Assembly: GCA_965153455.1 (NCBI GenBank)
Contig: OZ234494.1
Coordinates: 11,284,001 to 11,348,000, forward strand
Origin: Sphagnum compactum
Taxonomy: Eukaryota
Direction of reading: 5' to 3'
DNA: 64,000 nucleotides
In this document: positions 12,841 to 25,327 of the stretch, one piece after another
Layout: the number at the start of each line of letters is the position of its first letter
How positions within the stretch are numbered: position 1 is the first letter of the stretch
Notes under the pieces: generated by a model
Seen by the model: the letters and a program-made list of their open reading frames with translations, nothing else
Database searches by the model: none
Told to the model about the DNA's origin: nothing
Made by a program: the position numbers and the translations under genes

Positions 12841-13318
12841 ATGGAGGCTGTTGATACTGTTGTTCGACCCGTCAGGGAATTCACAAAAGACAGCATCCGG
12901 CTCGTCAAGAAATGCCACAAACCGGATCGCCGAGGTAACTAACACTAGGGTTGACCCCCCCCCCCCTTCCCTCCCGGCAGAATCCAGGAACGAACTTCTA
13001 GGGGAACTTCTGTAGAAGAACACTATGGCACCTTTCTTCTGCAGAAATGTTGATTTGGTGTTCCTTTTTTAGGGTTTCGGGTATGCTAGGGTTAGCGGCA
13101 GCTTAGAACTTTTGCAAGCTGTATGAAAAACTAGGTCATGCTTGCTCTGAGAAGAAGCCATGTACTTACTGTCTTTGTTGTTTCTGTTGTTCGCGACCAC
13201 AGAGTTTTCGAAAGTGGCAATCAGGACTGCCATAGGGTTTGTTGTCATGGGCTTCATTGGGTTCTTCGTCAAACTCATCTTTATACCCATCAATAACATC
13301 ATCGTGGGATCTGGATAG
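12841..13318 (+). CDS. SEC61G: Protein translocon subunit Sec61 gamma, 69 aa (exons 12841-12934, 13203-13318)
   Basis: Spliced translation [69 protein letters not shown] is a typical SecE/Sec61gamma sequence. The intron is GT-AG. Confidence 0.97.
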
Positions 13319-13472
13319 TCAGATTTGGCCCCGGTTAGTCTTCTGATACTTTGTGAACACCGCAACTGTCTTTGCAAGTTCCTTAGATTCTGTGTCTACC
13401 TCTTGAAAGGCAATGGGTAGAATTAGTAGGGTTTGTGTTACTGTCTTTGTATGTGGAGTTCCTTTCTAGCAC

Positions 13473-13474
<2 letters not shown>

Positions 13475-13529
<55 letters not shown>
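13475..13529. repeat. (AG)n microsatellite
   Basis: Uninterrupted AG run. Confidence 0.95.
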
Positions 13530-13532
<3 letters not shown>

Positions 13533-16049
13533 GTAGCAACTGGAATTGACTTGCCATAGCCCTGGTGCTCACAGCAGGATCTGGCTTCTCAAGAACCATG
13601 GCAGGAAAAATTGGAATCAAATTGCTCATGGAATTGACAGATAATGGAAGTATGTATGTGTAAGTTTCGCTTCCCAAGCTCAATTCCTGCTCAATTCTTG
13701 CCAGTCATCCCTGTCTCAGCTGCTGATTAGGAGCTAGACTGTTTCCTCAGATGGTGAGCAAGATAAGAGACTGAATGGGTGTAAATGTATATACATTCTG
13801 CTTTGGAATTAGAAGTAAAGGGTAGTTTATGTCTTCATTTCTTTTGGGATACCAGCTACCTGGTTGGGACTCTTCGATGTTGAACCTTGAACTGGTGTGG
13901 TTTCTTTTGTTGAGGATATGTGATGGAAGCTTCAATAAGAATCATGAGTATTGAAGTTGTATAATGGAATTCAAATCTTTGCATCATCAAGAAGCAGGCC
14001 AATTGATTGATTAGTGTTCTAGGTTTGAGTCAGGTTTCTGCTGAGGAACATTTAAGTCATCAATAGTGTCACCCTTTTCTAAAATCATTCCAAAGCTTCA
14101 GCTTTGAACAAGAATTCCTTGAGTACATCTTGATGCATGACTGAAAGTCTTGGATGGCTACTTTAAGCAAGCCACCAAGATAGCCTTTTTGACATTATGG
14201 CCAAGAGAACAATCTTTTGCAATCTCTTGAAAGCCCAACATTTAAAATTCCACCTTTGAAGGTGCAATGCTGGGGATCCCTGGATTTTGGGTGGAGGTTT
14301 TCAGTCACAAACAACTCACGGAGTCTTGTACTGGTGACATCAACTCATGTAGGATTTCCTGTGTTCTCCATGCAATTTCAAGCCCCTACTCCACTGGTTC
14401 TGTTGGTATTCATGTTTTCATGACACAAGATCTGGAATATTCTCCACATGGATGTGTGTGAGACATTCATAATCCTATCTGTTCATTTTGAGGCCTCAGA
14501 ATATGAGATTTCATTCACAAGTAGCACATCAAGGATTGTGCAATTGCTCCTAAAATGAGCAAAGCATTTTTGCAGTTTCATGTAAAATGGGAACAAGACT
14601 GTAAACTATCTTTGACTAATTATCTGAAGTGACATTTGATCACTTTGGGTCTGGTTGAGTGTTTTTTGGTCTCCTTATTTAATTAAAAATATAGTGGTTT
14701 TGTATTGATTAAAGTTGCTTGATTTTTTTCCACACTTTACATGTTGGCAACCAAGAGGTCTTTTGGGTACAGTTAGAACTCAGAACTGGATGTTAAGAAA
14801 ATGGGAAAAGGAAACTCTGAACAAGGTTTATATTACTCTGTGATTTTAAAGATTCACATGGGACGGTTATGTTGTTCCAACTAATGCAATGGAAACAAAA
14901 GAATATAGATGGTAACAATGCTTTTATAAATAGATACATGACAATTTGTGGAAGTCATTCATACGAATTTGTCTATGCATTGGATGTTTCATGCATATTC
15001 ATTGTGCACTGGTACATGTCTAGAAGTGGAAATGAAGGGCCTTGTTGTAAGTGTGTTTTTTTCTAGTGTATCAGGAGAGCATTGTACTTGGCATAAAAAG
15101 CTGACCTCTGCAGGCAATTGCCTGTTAGTAAAGCCCATTGTCACTTTTTTCGTGCGCTGTCCATTGGGTACTCATTGGGTATCACAAGAATTTTTTAAAT
15201 AAAAATAGAGTTGTGCAGTTTTTATAGTATGTAGTGCCCTCAGCTGTATGCATTACAGGAATCAGGCCCACTGTGCATGGGCCCTTATTCATGTAATGCC
15301 TGGGGGCTCAGGTGTTACCTTACACTAAACCACATTCAACAAATGAAATAAAAGCTAGACAATTGCTCTAATCTCAACTTGCTTTTATTAGTTTCATTTC
15401 AGAATGTTCAAAAGGCTAAAAAAATGAATATCATACTTGTCATTAATGTTTGACACCAAACAATTTCCAGAAGAAGTTGGAAAAAACTATAATATATATA
15501 TGTTTTTGAGCAGAACCAGCCAGATTTCACAGGAATTGAGCTCCAAGCATATTGGAATCAGATTTCAGTTTCAGTCCCAGCCGCATGTTTATCATTACCA
15601 ACAGGGTTTAGGGTTTAGATTAAAGCATCATTCAAACCTTCTCAAGTGTTCAATTCTGAAACTCTCAAGTTGGGGCTACAAAACCTAATTTTTGAAGTGA
15701 TTAAATTTTTCTACAAAAAGTGTCCTCTATTACTGGTGGCATGAACAATATATAGACCTAATCAAACACCCTTGTACTCCTCAAACTTGAAACCATAAAA
15801 TTCACTCAAAAGTATCTACTATGTGGAAGTCTTAATGAAAAGTACTAAATAAATGTATATATTAAAAAGTGAAAGCACACCAATAACAAAAAGTTTCATC
15901 AAGAAGTTACTCTTTTTCTAAAACCTGAAATTTTCATTAGTTATGTTGACATTTAAAAGAAAGGTATAAAAGGCCTTTGGTGACAGTGGTTTTTGCAAAA
16001 TACTTGTGTTCAAAAAATGTTCAACACTAAAAAATGAAGATATGTGTGT

Positions 16050-17290
16050 GCGGGTGTGTGATTTCTCCATTCTGCATACATTACCCTTCCTTTCAATAAA
16101 ATGATTTTGACCTTGAGCAAAATCTAAAGCTTGTTGGATTGACCCTATTTGTGCAAAATTGTGATTGTTTCTTCACTACTTCTTGTGTAATTCATGCCTC
16201 AAATCAATGTACCATTTTTGGTTTTGATTTCAGTTTTAGCCTGAGGCATAATGTTTCAAGGTTCAAAGGTGTAAAAGCATTGAACCATTTCATGGTTTGA
16301 TCTCCTTTTCCTTCTTCTGTGGATTGAGAATTGTTTCCCTTATAATTATAGTCTTCTTGAACAACGTCCATGGTTGCCTTTGGAGGAATACTCCCTTTTC
16401 CTATTGTTTTGTTGTTTGATCTTGGTCCATGAATGAAAGCATTTTGGAGCCTTAACAATCATCCCCCAAATTCTTTCTTTTTTCATAATTGTAATAGTCT
16501 AAGTTTATGGTTTTCTAAGAGGTTGTTTGAAATCGATTTTTTCATTCGAATTGTGCTTGTCCCTAGTGTGTTAACGTCTTTGTCATTTCACAAGTAAAAT
16601 GTCCTCCAATTGTCTCGGTTATGACTATGTAGTCTAATTCATGTAAAAAGCCTACCCACAAGGCTCTTAAACTTACCCAATTATAGATAAAACTTGAATG
16701 AATCCTTCATAACTTCAAAACAATCCATTTAGTAGAATCTAAATTATTATCATCACTTTTCTTAATACCCATCTTAGCAAGTTCAACAATGGCATCCTTG
16801 CATTCCTTCAAGAAAACATCCAAATCAATCCATTTAGTAGAATCTAAATTACTATCATCACTTTTCTTAATACCCATCTTAGCAAGTTCAACAATGGCAT
16901 CCTTGCATTCCTTCAAGAAAACATCCAAATCAATTTCTTCGCTGATTGTAAGATGGTATAATTTGAACAACTTTTTAGTTACATTGGTTTGCAAAGGTTT
17001 TGTAGGAAAAACCAAGTTTTTGGATCTTACAAACTTGTAGGATCTCACACATCTATCGAGTAGGGGACTGGCTTTATGTTTGACTCAGAGAGGGTTTATT
17101 CTTTCAACTGTTCAAGATCACTTTCTTTGGTTACTTTTGCTTGGGCTCGAGTGTTCATCCTTGCTGAAGTATTGGTCCCTTTCAAAACATCTCCTCTTTG
17201 ACTTTGGGTGTTTGCACAGTTTGCCACCAAATCAACTACCCGGAAGCTTTTTCATGAGGGTTCAAAACTATTCACATTTCAATATATGAT
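16050..17290 (-). mobile_element. Ty1/copia gag remnant with an internal 105-bp tandem duplication (16721-16934)
   Basis: KKLFKLYHLTISEEIDLDVFLKECKDAIVELAKMGIKKSDD resembles the copia gag UBN2-type region. A decayed CCHC knuckle (QCFY...HYAS, frameshifted) lies near 16240-16290. The 35-aa unit is duplicated in frame. Confidence 0.65.
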
Positions 17291-17329
17291 TGATTTCACA
17301 TTTCCACATGGTCCTAGGAATTGCAGGAG

Positions 17330-18776
17330 CAAGTACTTGTGATGTTTCTCCATGATGATGTTGCAACATTATGCATACCATTGCCAGTGATGATGCTTAT
17401 AGGGATGGAGCTTGAAGAAGACCATGTGCTACAAGCAATTAAACAAACGTGGCATAAGTCATTTGATTCAATACTTCAAACCTTCTGGTTCCAAGTGAGG
17501 GCTCGGGCTCAATTCCTTAAGGAGTTGCAACATTGGAAAATTAGACTAGTGACACCCATGTTTGGCAACAACATTGAGCTCAGCAATTGCCACCGTTAGG
17601 GATGGAACAAAGTAAAAGTGATCATGACTCCATATTTCGTATTCAATCAATAGCATGAAAACTGCAACACAAAATCTACACATGGGATTTGAAAATCATA
17701 TGTTTATGAAGAGATGATCTAACCATGGTACTTGTGAGTGTGGAGTTGTTAAATGGAAAAAGGTTAGATTCATGTCACACTGCAAGAAGATTAAAGAAAA
17801 CAACTAAGATGAGATGAATCTATGATTTAGTTAATGCCAATTCCATTATTCATTAGAATAAGTTCTTCCTTCAATCAGAGCAAGTTTTCCCAATCTGGTA
17901 CTATCTATTTGCATCAATTGCATGCTCAAGATTGAATGGAAGTGAGAGATCTGCAAAATATCCATGTCTGAGAGGAGACTTGACTGTGAGCACTCAGTGT
18001 ATTACAACCAAAAAAATTCCTTGGTTATTTCAGAGCAGACAGAGAACCCAAGGGTTCATTGCACGATATGATGGCTGCCTTCTAGCTCCTGAGAATGTAT
18101 AGCATGCCCTGTTGCATGTCCAGTCAGAAGTTGCTTCAATACAGAATGGTAATTTTGCAAATGATGAAGTCCAGAGATCTGATCATGGTTTATACTCTGA
18201 GTTTTTTGGCTCTTGTCAGCAAGAACAGACATGAAAGCTCTCCCATCCACAACACACCCAATACCTTTGCAGCAGTAATTTGTCCATTACTCATGATGAA
18301 GGGGTCAAGCTGATGTCACTGTAGAATTCAGCACACAAGAACCCCAGCAGGTAAGAGCTCAACCTAATATTCCTTCATGATTGCAAGCAGATAGAAACCA
18401 ATATACTCATATAGTAGTGTCTTCTTTCCAGCAGTAACATGTTGAGCTGTCATATTGTTGCATCAAAAGGGAACTAAGACTGAAAAACTTCACCAAAAAA
18501 AATCAAATCTTGCAAGGAAGTGAACCCTCTGGAAAATCCCTTAGCATCATAATAACAACATTTGAGGCATTTACACTGTCATCGCTGGGATTTCAGAAGA
18601 GAAGAGAGATTATCAAGCGCATGTGGCGTACCAGTTAGGGTTTGACTCATACTCTTGATGGCATCTCCAAAACATCCCGCATAAGTTGGTGCTGATGCCG
18701 GGCCACTATTTGACGATCTGCTAACTTCTGCCTGCTCATTGCGCGACCTCTCTTTTACCCCCTTCATTCCAGCCAC
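17330..18776 (-). pseudogene. Probable decayed ANTH/AP180 (PICALM-like clathrin assembly protein) pseudogene
   Basis: Colinear fragments across frames: MKGVKERSRNEQAEVS (compare GAVKDQTSIGLAKV), KKTLL, W..YCCKGIGCVVDGRAFMSVL, LHHLQNYHSVLKQLLTGHATGHAIHS..HHIVQ*TLGFL (compare LPALQQLLxRLLxCxPxGxAxxNxxIQYAL) and IAELNVVAKHGCH*SNFPML. Stops and frameshifts are present. The family assignment is by eye only. Confidence 0.45.
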
Positions 18777-19534
18777 CGCTGCACGAGCTCCACAAGTGCC
18801 TAGAAGAAACCCTAAATTGTGGACTACAAGAGCTCCACAAGTGCCTCTAAGGATTTGGACAATTTGTAGACTACGGGAGCTGAACGTAAGAAAGGATGCC
18901 CTGCATGAGGATGAGGATTGCTCGCAGGCGAATCACTAGCACACTGAGTTGGCCAAAAAAACCCCCTAGAAACCAAAACACTGTGACAATCTCCATCGTC
19001 CTCGACGTCTCTCCTCCCTATTTGGCCAAAATCTACAAACCCCAATTCTCTAACCACTCATGACATAGAAAAGTTCTTGAGTCGTCGACTTCGAGATTCG
19101 CGACGACATCTTTCGATACACGCGACACAAGAACGGAAAAGCAAAAGCTCGACGACGCCCTCCCTGCAACCCATCAGCCACTTAGGTCTACAACATCGGA
19201 ATGCTCGAAGTAAAATTTGGACCTTTTGAACCAAATGATTCGATATTGAATCACTAAATTATTTTAGACATGTATTTCATCATAATGCATCTCATTTTAA
19301 TTTTGTTCTTCTATAATTTTGGTTAAATTGTGTTTTCACTCTTACAATTTCAAGTAGAGCAAAAATTCTCCCTTTCTCCCTTTATTTTTTTCTTTTCCAA
19401 TTGTATTTTGCCATATAGTTTTTCAATGGTTCATCATTTTACTTGTTAATTTTTTCATGTTCACGTAGATGCATACGGGGAAAGGGTTGAGTAGATAGGT
19501 TTTAAAAATGTTGGTTGTAAAAACTTGGGCTTTG

Positions 19535-20880
19535 CATTGTTTTGCACTACTTGCAACCTTCAACTTCCTTTTCCTTATGTTTTCATATGGTTTTCAATAA
19601 TTCATCATTATTTATTTCAATGTCAAATTTAATTTGAATTTATATAAATATCATGGACATGAAAAGGCTCATGTTAATTTGTTGTTTAATATTGATGTTG
19701 GTGGGTAGGGAAAAATAGTGAGGTAGTTAGGCTTGGAAATGTAGAAGGTTGACACAATGAATATTCTTCTTTACCTTTTTTTTTTTTTGCAAACTTTATT
19801 TATGCACATATTTAGATTTTTACAATCTATTTTGTGAACAACACCTTTGATTTGTGTAAAAAACACAAATTTAAGCAAGTTTACAATTGAATTCAACAAA
19901 TTTGTATGTGAAGATCAAAATTCAAATAAATCTATTCTTGCCATTGAATCAACACAAAATAATTTGTTGATGTTCAAAATTCAAAAAATCAAGCTATGTC
20001 CAAAACTATACAACAAATCTTATTTAAACTTCTTTTTCAAAGGTTAAAAAATAATGACTAATGAATCTAATGGGAAAATCTAACTAGTACAAATTAAAAA
20101 TGTATCTAATAAAAATTACTAATCCATGTTTTAATTCCAGTGACAAAATTTTGAGGAGTTAGTATATGGGTGAATTTGCATAATCTTTTGCAAGCTCGTA
20201 GAATCTATCATATGATCATCCTTGGACAATTCTAGGGATAATTTTTAACTATTTCATCATTTCTTAGCTTAACTACTTCATTTTTTTAATAATAACTACC
20301 TCATTTTTTTTAATAACTACCTCCCTCTTTTACCTTACCCACCATGGATTTAATGTTTACTATAATTTAAAATTAAATTTAAGTTGATATAACTAATAAC
20401 AAGATATTGAAAACCAAATGGGAACATGATTAAAAAAAAAAGGTTGAACATCATTGATAGTGCGTAACAACACGTAGCCCAAGTTTGTAATTCCAATGAT
20501 GTATTATCAAAATTGGTATATGGGGGATTTTTTGGAATCCTTCGTATGGTTGTCCATGGAACATTCCAAAGACAATTTTAGAAATAACTATTTCATTTTC
20601 AAACCTAACTACTTCATTTTTTTCTTGATAACTATTTTCTTTTCATATTAACTTTCTTAATACCTATCTCCCACCTTTTCTAATAACTACCTCATTCTTT
20701 TTCTCTACCTACCAACATGGATATAAAAAACCAAAAACATGTGTCTTTTCATGTCCATGAAATGTATATTAGTTTAAATTAAAATAGTGACATAAATAAT
20801 GATAAATTATTGAAAATTGTATGAAAACCTAAGAAAAAATAAAATAGTTGATTGTCATTGGTAGTGCATAGCAATGTGGA
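19535..20880. mobile_element. Foldback element with ~200-bp degenerate inverted repeats (Mutator-like or MITE)
   Basis: 19535-19735 (ttttcaataattcatcattattta...catggacatgaaaag...tgaggtagtta) is the reverse complement of 20680-20880 (taactacctca...cttttcatgtccatg...taaataatgataaattattgaaaa). A further partial copy lies at about 20270-20480. Confidence 0.6.
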
Positions 20881-23211
20881 GTTCAAATATGTTCAAATAA
20901 CTATCTTGAAAAATTATAGATTCGACTGTACAAATCTTACTTACTATAGTTCACCATTCTAGAATTAGTCAAAATCGTATTATTATAAATGTTATCATTG
21001 ATCAAAACCGTCCCTTAACATTTATTTCTTGTAATGTGGATTTCATCCTCAAAATCCATGTACAAATTTTAATGGAAGTAAATTAAACATATGTAGTTTT
21101 AGGAATCTCATTTGTAAGTATTGTATAAGGTATTATTGGTTCTTTGATATGTTGGGGTAGAACCTCAAATGCATGAATAGACCTAGAAGTCGAAATGAAT
21201 TCAACGTCAAATCTAGGAGCAATATGAACATTCATAGGTGAAATATGTTGTTCAAAAAACAATATTTAAAATTTTGAACTTTGTTACACATTTGAAACTG
21301 TTCATGGAACAACTATTAGGTAATCGATGAGGATAAGTTTATTTCAAACCTTGATTTGTATGCGTCTATTTCCTTACTCGCTTTAGGTTTAGAGAAATTG
21401 TTCAATGAGTTTGGCTCACAAATTCATCCAATAAACTCAAAAGAAACCTTCACATCTTACTTTTTTGCCCATCAAAATTTGACTGGTCCTCTAATAATTC
21501 ATTATACAATATTTTCTGATGTGGCAAGTTCCTTGGCATCATCAATTATTTGTGATGTTCTAACGCCATTTTCTTCCATTGATAATGAACAATAAAAAAC
21601 ATATAAATGTTAGGTACTTTGGCAAGTTGTTGAATTTTTTTTTTTGTGCTTGAATTTTTTTGATAGGATTTGTAATTGGCATAATAATTTGAAAAATTGT
21701 AGGAGTTTGTTCATTTGAATAAAAAAATTCAATTGGTGTTCTCCATCAACATTTTGAGGTATTGATCATGGAAAATAATACAAGTGTCAAGTCATTGCAT
21801 GAATTTTCCTCTTAATGTGTGATGGTGCAAACTTTTTGCACTTAGTCTTTTGTCAATAATTGAATTGTAAATGATAGAATGTGCAATGCCAACCATGCTT
21901 ACTCTTTTTTTTTTTGAAAATTTTATTTTTTCTAGGCAAAAATATCCTTGGGGAGTACCATTAGGAACCACTTCAAAGAATTCTTTGAGTCATAAAATTG
22001 GCCAAATAATATTCTTGGTCCCTTATATATATATATATATAATGTTTATCCATTGCATGCCAAAATATATAGTTTAAAATATTTATTTGAATAATTAAAT
22101 GATAATCATTACAAATTTGTTTTCCTAATTGCAATGACCCTTTTCATAATCACATTCTTATACTTTATAAATTCATAATTAAACTATACCTACTCAACTA
22201 ATTAGTCAAAAAAAGAACCAAATAAAATGTCATAAAAAACACCTTATAAACAAATTTAAAACATGTTTCAAACTTGTGTTCATGACCAAAAATTTCAAAG
22301 AAAGGAAACACATGTTACATTCTTAAAACTTTTGAAAAATGTAATGATTAGGAACATCAAAATACAAAATATTTTTTATATCATTAAAGTTTCACAGTCT
22401 ATACAAATTGATAAATCTATTCATTAAAAAATTCGAATGAATATCCTTGTTTAAATGTTTTATATATTTTTTCAAAATTTGATGGGTTTAATAAAATAAA
22501 GGTCTAATGTTTTTAGTGATATCACCCAAGAATGTTTTTGCCCCTTTCTTTTTTTCTTCTTTTACTCAATAATCTCTCAATTACATTTTCAAGTTTAAAG
22601 TTCATATTTGTGCAAAAATACAAGCAATAATAAAAAGAAAAAATTGCAAAACATGACTACAAGAAAAAACAAGGAATATTAACTTTCTTGATAATAATAG
22701 TGCACGTAGTTAGTTAATGATGACAATAAAAATAGAAAATTAGGGTTAAGGTGTCGTTATCAAAATAACTAAATGTTTCAATAATTTTGTGATAAAATAA
22801 ATTTGAAAGGTAATAATTTCATTAACTGAAGATAATCTTGAAAAATTAGAGTTTCTTTCGATTATTGAAAAAAATCGACAACTCCATAGGTTGGATGAAA
22901 TTCATAGACATTAAAGGTACTTGAACTAGTTGAATCATAGATAAAATCTATGGGTCTATGGGGTTGGATAACATTTAGACACATCATACATATAGATACT
23001 TGAACTAGTTTGGTAATGGTTATTGCATATTAATCTATGGTTTCGGTTTATTGATGTTGATCAAGATTGGATTCAAATAAAATTTGTTGGTAGTAAATGC
23101 TTTTATTTGGGGAGTAACAAAAGTGTTCATTTTTGTGTGTGTGTGAAAGGCCAATCCATTATGCAAAAAAAGACATTGAACTTTTACCCAGCCCGTGTAA
23201 GTGTTATAAAC

Positions 23212-23350
23212 TATATACCCATGATGGGTAATGTAAGTGCAAAGCATTTGGGCATGTTACACACCATATATATAGATATATATAAGTGTATAAAAATATA
23301 TACCCATGATGGGTAATGTAAGTGCAAAACAATTGGGCATGTTACACACC

Positions 23351-23360
<10 letters not shown>
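23212..23360. repeat. Direct duplication of about 60 bp with 85-bp period, followed by (TA)n/(TATG)n
   Basis: tatatacccatgatgggtaatgtaagtgcaaa..attgggcatgttacacaccatatatat occurs at 23212 and 23297. Confidence 0.9.
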
Positions 23361-23390
<30 letters not shown>

Positions 23391-23510
23391 GTATGTATGG
23401 CTATTTACACTTACATGCACAACATTGATATTGACAGAAATCAAATACCCATACAACACTGGGACATATCCTTGACTGGGATCTCAGGTTAGGTTTGGGC
23501 GGCGGTGACT

Positions 23511-23660
23511 CGGGTCCTCGGGTGCACAGTAACCTCGTTCAAGATCTCAATCCAGGGTTTCAGGTCCTCGGATGTACAGTAACCTCGTTCAAGATCTCAA
23601 TCTAGGGTTTCAGGTCCTCGGATGTTCAGTAGCCTCGTTCAAGATCTCAATCTAGGGTTT
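23511..23660. repeat. 3 x 50-bp tandem repeat upstream of RPS28, units ending in (T/C)AGGGTTT (telo-box-like)
   Basis: Units start at 23511, 23561 and 23611: c(a/g)ggtcctcgg..gt..agta.cctcgttcaagatctcaatc(c/t)agggttt. Confidence 0.92.
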
Positions 23661-23819
23661 GGAGAACAAGAGGTGGTGGCGGGGGATGATGAAATGCGGC
23701 GATTGAGAAATCCGTTTTTGCTTGCTGTTTGTGGTCTTTGCGCTGTGTGAGGAGCAACGTCGTCGGTGGTTAGCCTTTCGTGCTTCGTCGTCTTTCCGGT
23801 GGATTTGTAAACGCTCAAA

Positions 23820-25327
23820 ATGGTGCGTTCCTATTTCGCCTTCTTTGTCTTTTCTTTTCTTTTCTTATTTTTCATCGTGTTTCTTTCGGTTTGTAATTTC
23901 GGACATACCTGTCTCTCTCTTGGCGAAGAAGGTGTATATATCTTCTCGGTTCTGTGGAAGTTCTGTGTGTTGTTAGATTACAACGTTAAAATCAACTCAC
24001 TAGAGTGCAAAACTATTTGACAAGGGATGGAAAGCTTCATGGCAGAAATAGAGCAAGCTAAAAAGGGAGATTCATAGAGGGATCAGATGTAAAACGCACT
24101 GAAAATTGGAACGAACCCTAAAATAAAACTGTGCACAAAAAGCCGTCGAACCGACGATGAAAGCAAGCATGATTTCTTTCATTGCAACCAGAAATGCGTC
24201 GAAGATAAGTATATGAGTTTTTCTGCCCCCTGCACTACTGGTTTTGGAGGTTCGTATTGCAATTTCGGTAGTATTCACTGTGGCTACTTTCTTCTGGACC
24301 TTTGGGATGGTTGTTCAAGATAAATCGTTATGTTGTTATGCCCTGTGAGTCCTTTGTACCTTGCTAGGGTTTCTGTTGAAGATGCCGGATCTCCATCCTC
24401 TCTGAGTTATTGATAAGGAGATCTCAAAAGCATCAGACATCATGAGATGCTTTGGGGAATTGTAGCAGACAACTTTGCTAAAGAACTTCAGCCCATGCAA
24501 TAGTAGCATCTACTAGATGTGGCCATCAGAATAGTAGATTGTCATGCTGACTGTTCAAGCTGCTTTGACTTGATTGGACTATCCTTCTGTTAACTAAATA
24601 GGACTGTTGGCATGGTTGTTTGAATTTCAGGATACAGCTGTGAAGTTGGCAATTGTCATGAAGGTGATTGGTCGCACAGGGTCACGGGGACAGGTGACTC
24701 AAGTGCGTGTCAAGTTCTTGGATGACCAAAATCGACTCATCATGCGCAATGTTAAGGGACCTGTTCGTGAAGGTACACTCATTGTCTCTGTATCTATACC
24801 AATCCTTCACATTCTCTTTCTTGCTAGGGTCAGTCTTGGGCACATGCTAATGCAATCAAACTTCTGGTCAATAGTTTCTCATTGCCTCTTGCACTCTTGA
24901 GTATGGCACTAGGAATAGCCAGAAGCCTGACTTGTATAGTGGTAGCTATATGTCTGAAGATGTTTGATGTATATGGTCTACATCACAGAGTAGTGTTGAA
25001 TCTCATAAGGATATTAAAAATGTTTCCTTTCTCCTTCTGATGCACTGCTTAATTCCTCAGGTCAAACAATAGACAAGAGTTTTCAGTAGCTCCAAGCAAG
25101 ATCATAGGTTTTCAAAGCGCGGTTTTGGATATTCTGATCATAGACCTTGTCAAGCTTTTGTTGATGGAAGATTGCTGCATCACTTTTTGGTTTGCGAATC
25201 AGAAAGTCGAAGGGATCTCATTTACATCTGGTGAGAAGTGATAGCATGACAAAAGTAATTCTCTGACAATGCAGGTGACATTCTGACTCTTCTTGAGTCA
25301 GAGAGGGAAGCCAGAAGGCTCCGGTGA
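23820..25327 (+). CDS. RPS28: 40S ribosomal protein S28 (eS28), 65 aa (exons 23820-23822, 24631-24772, 25275-25327)
   Basis: Translation [65 protein letters not shown]. The first coding exon is inferred as ATG alone (ATG|GTGCGT). Introns are GT-AG. A 3'UTR intron is likely at about 25344-25503. Confidence 0.95.

Noticed and set aside
23511..23660. 50-bp array as CRISPR-like
   Set aside because: It is a contiguous tandem repeat with no spacers.
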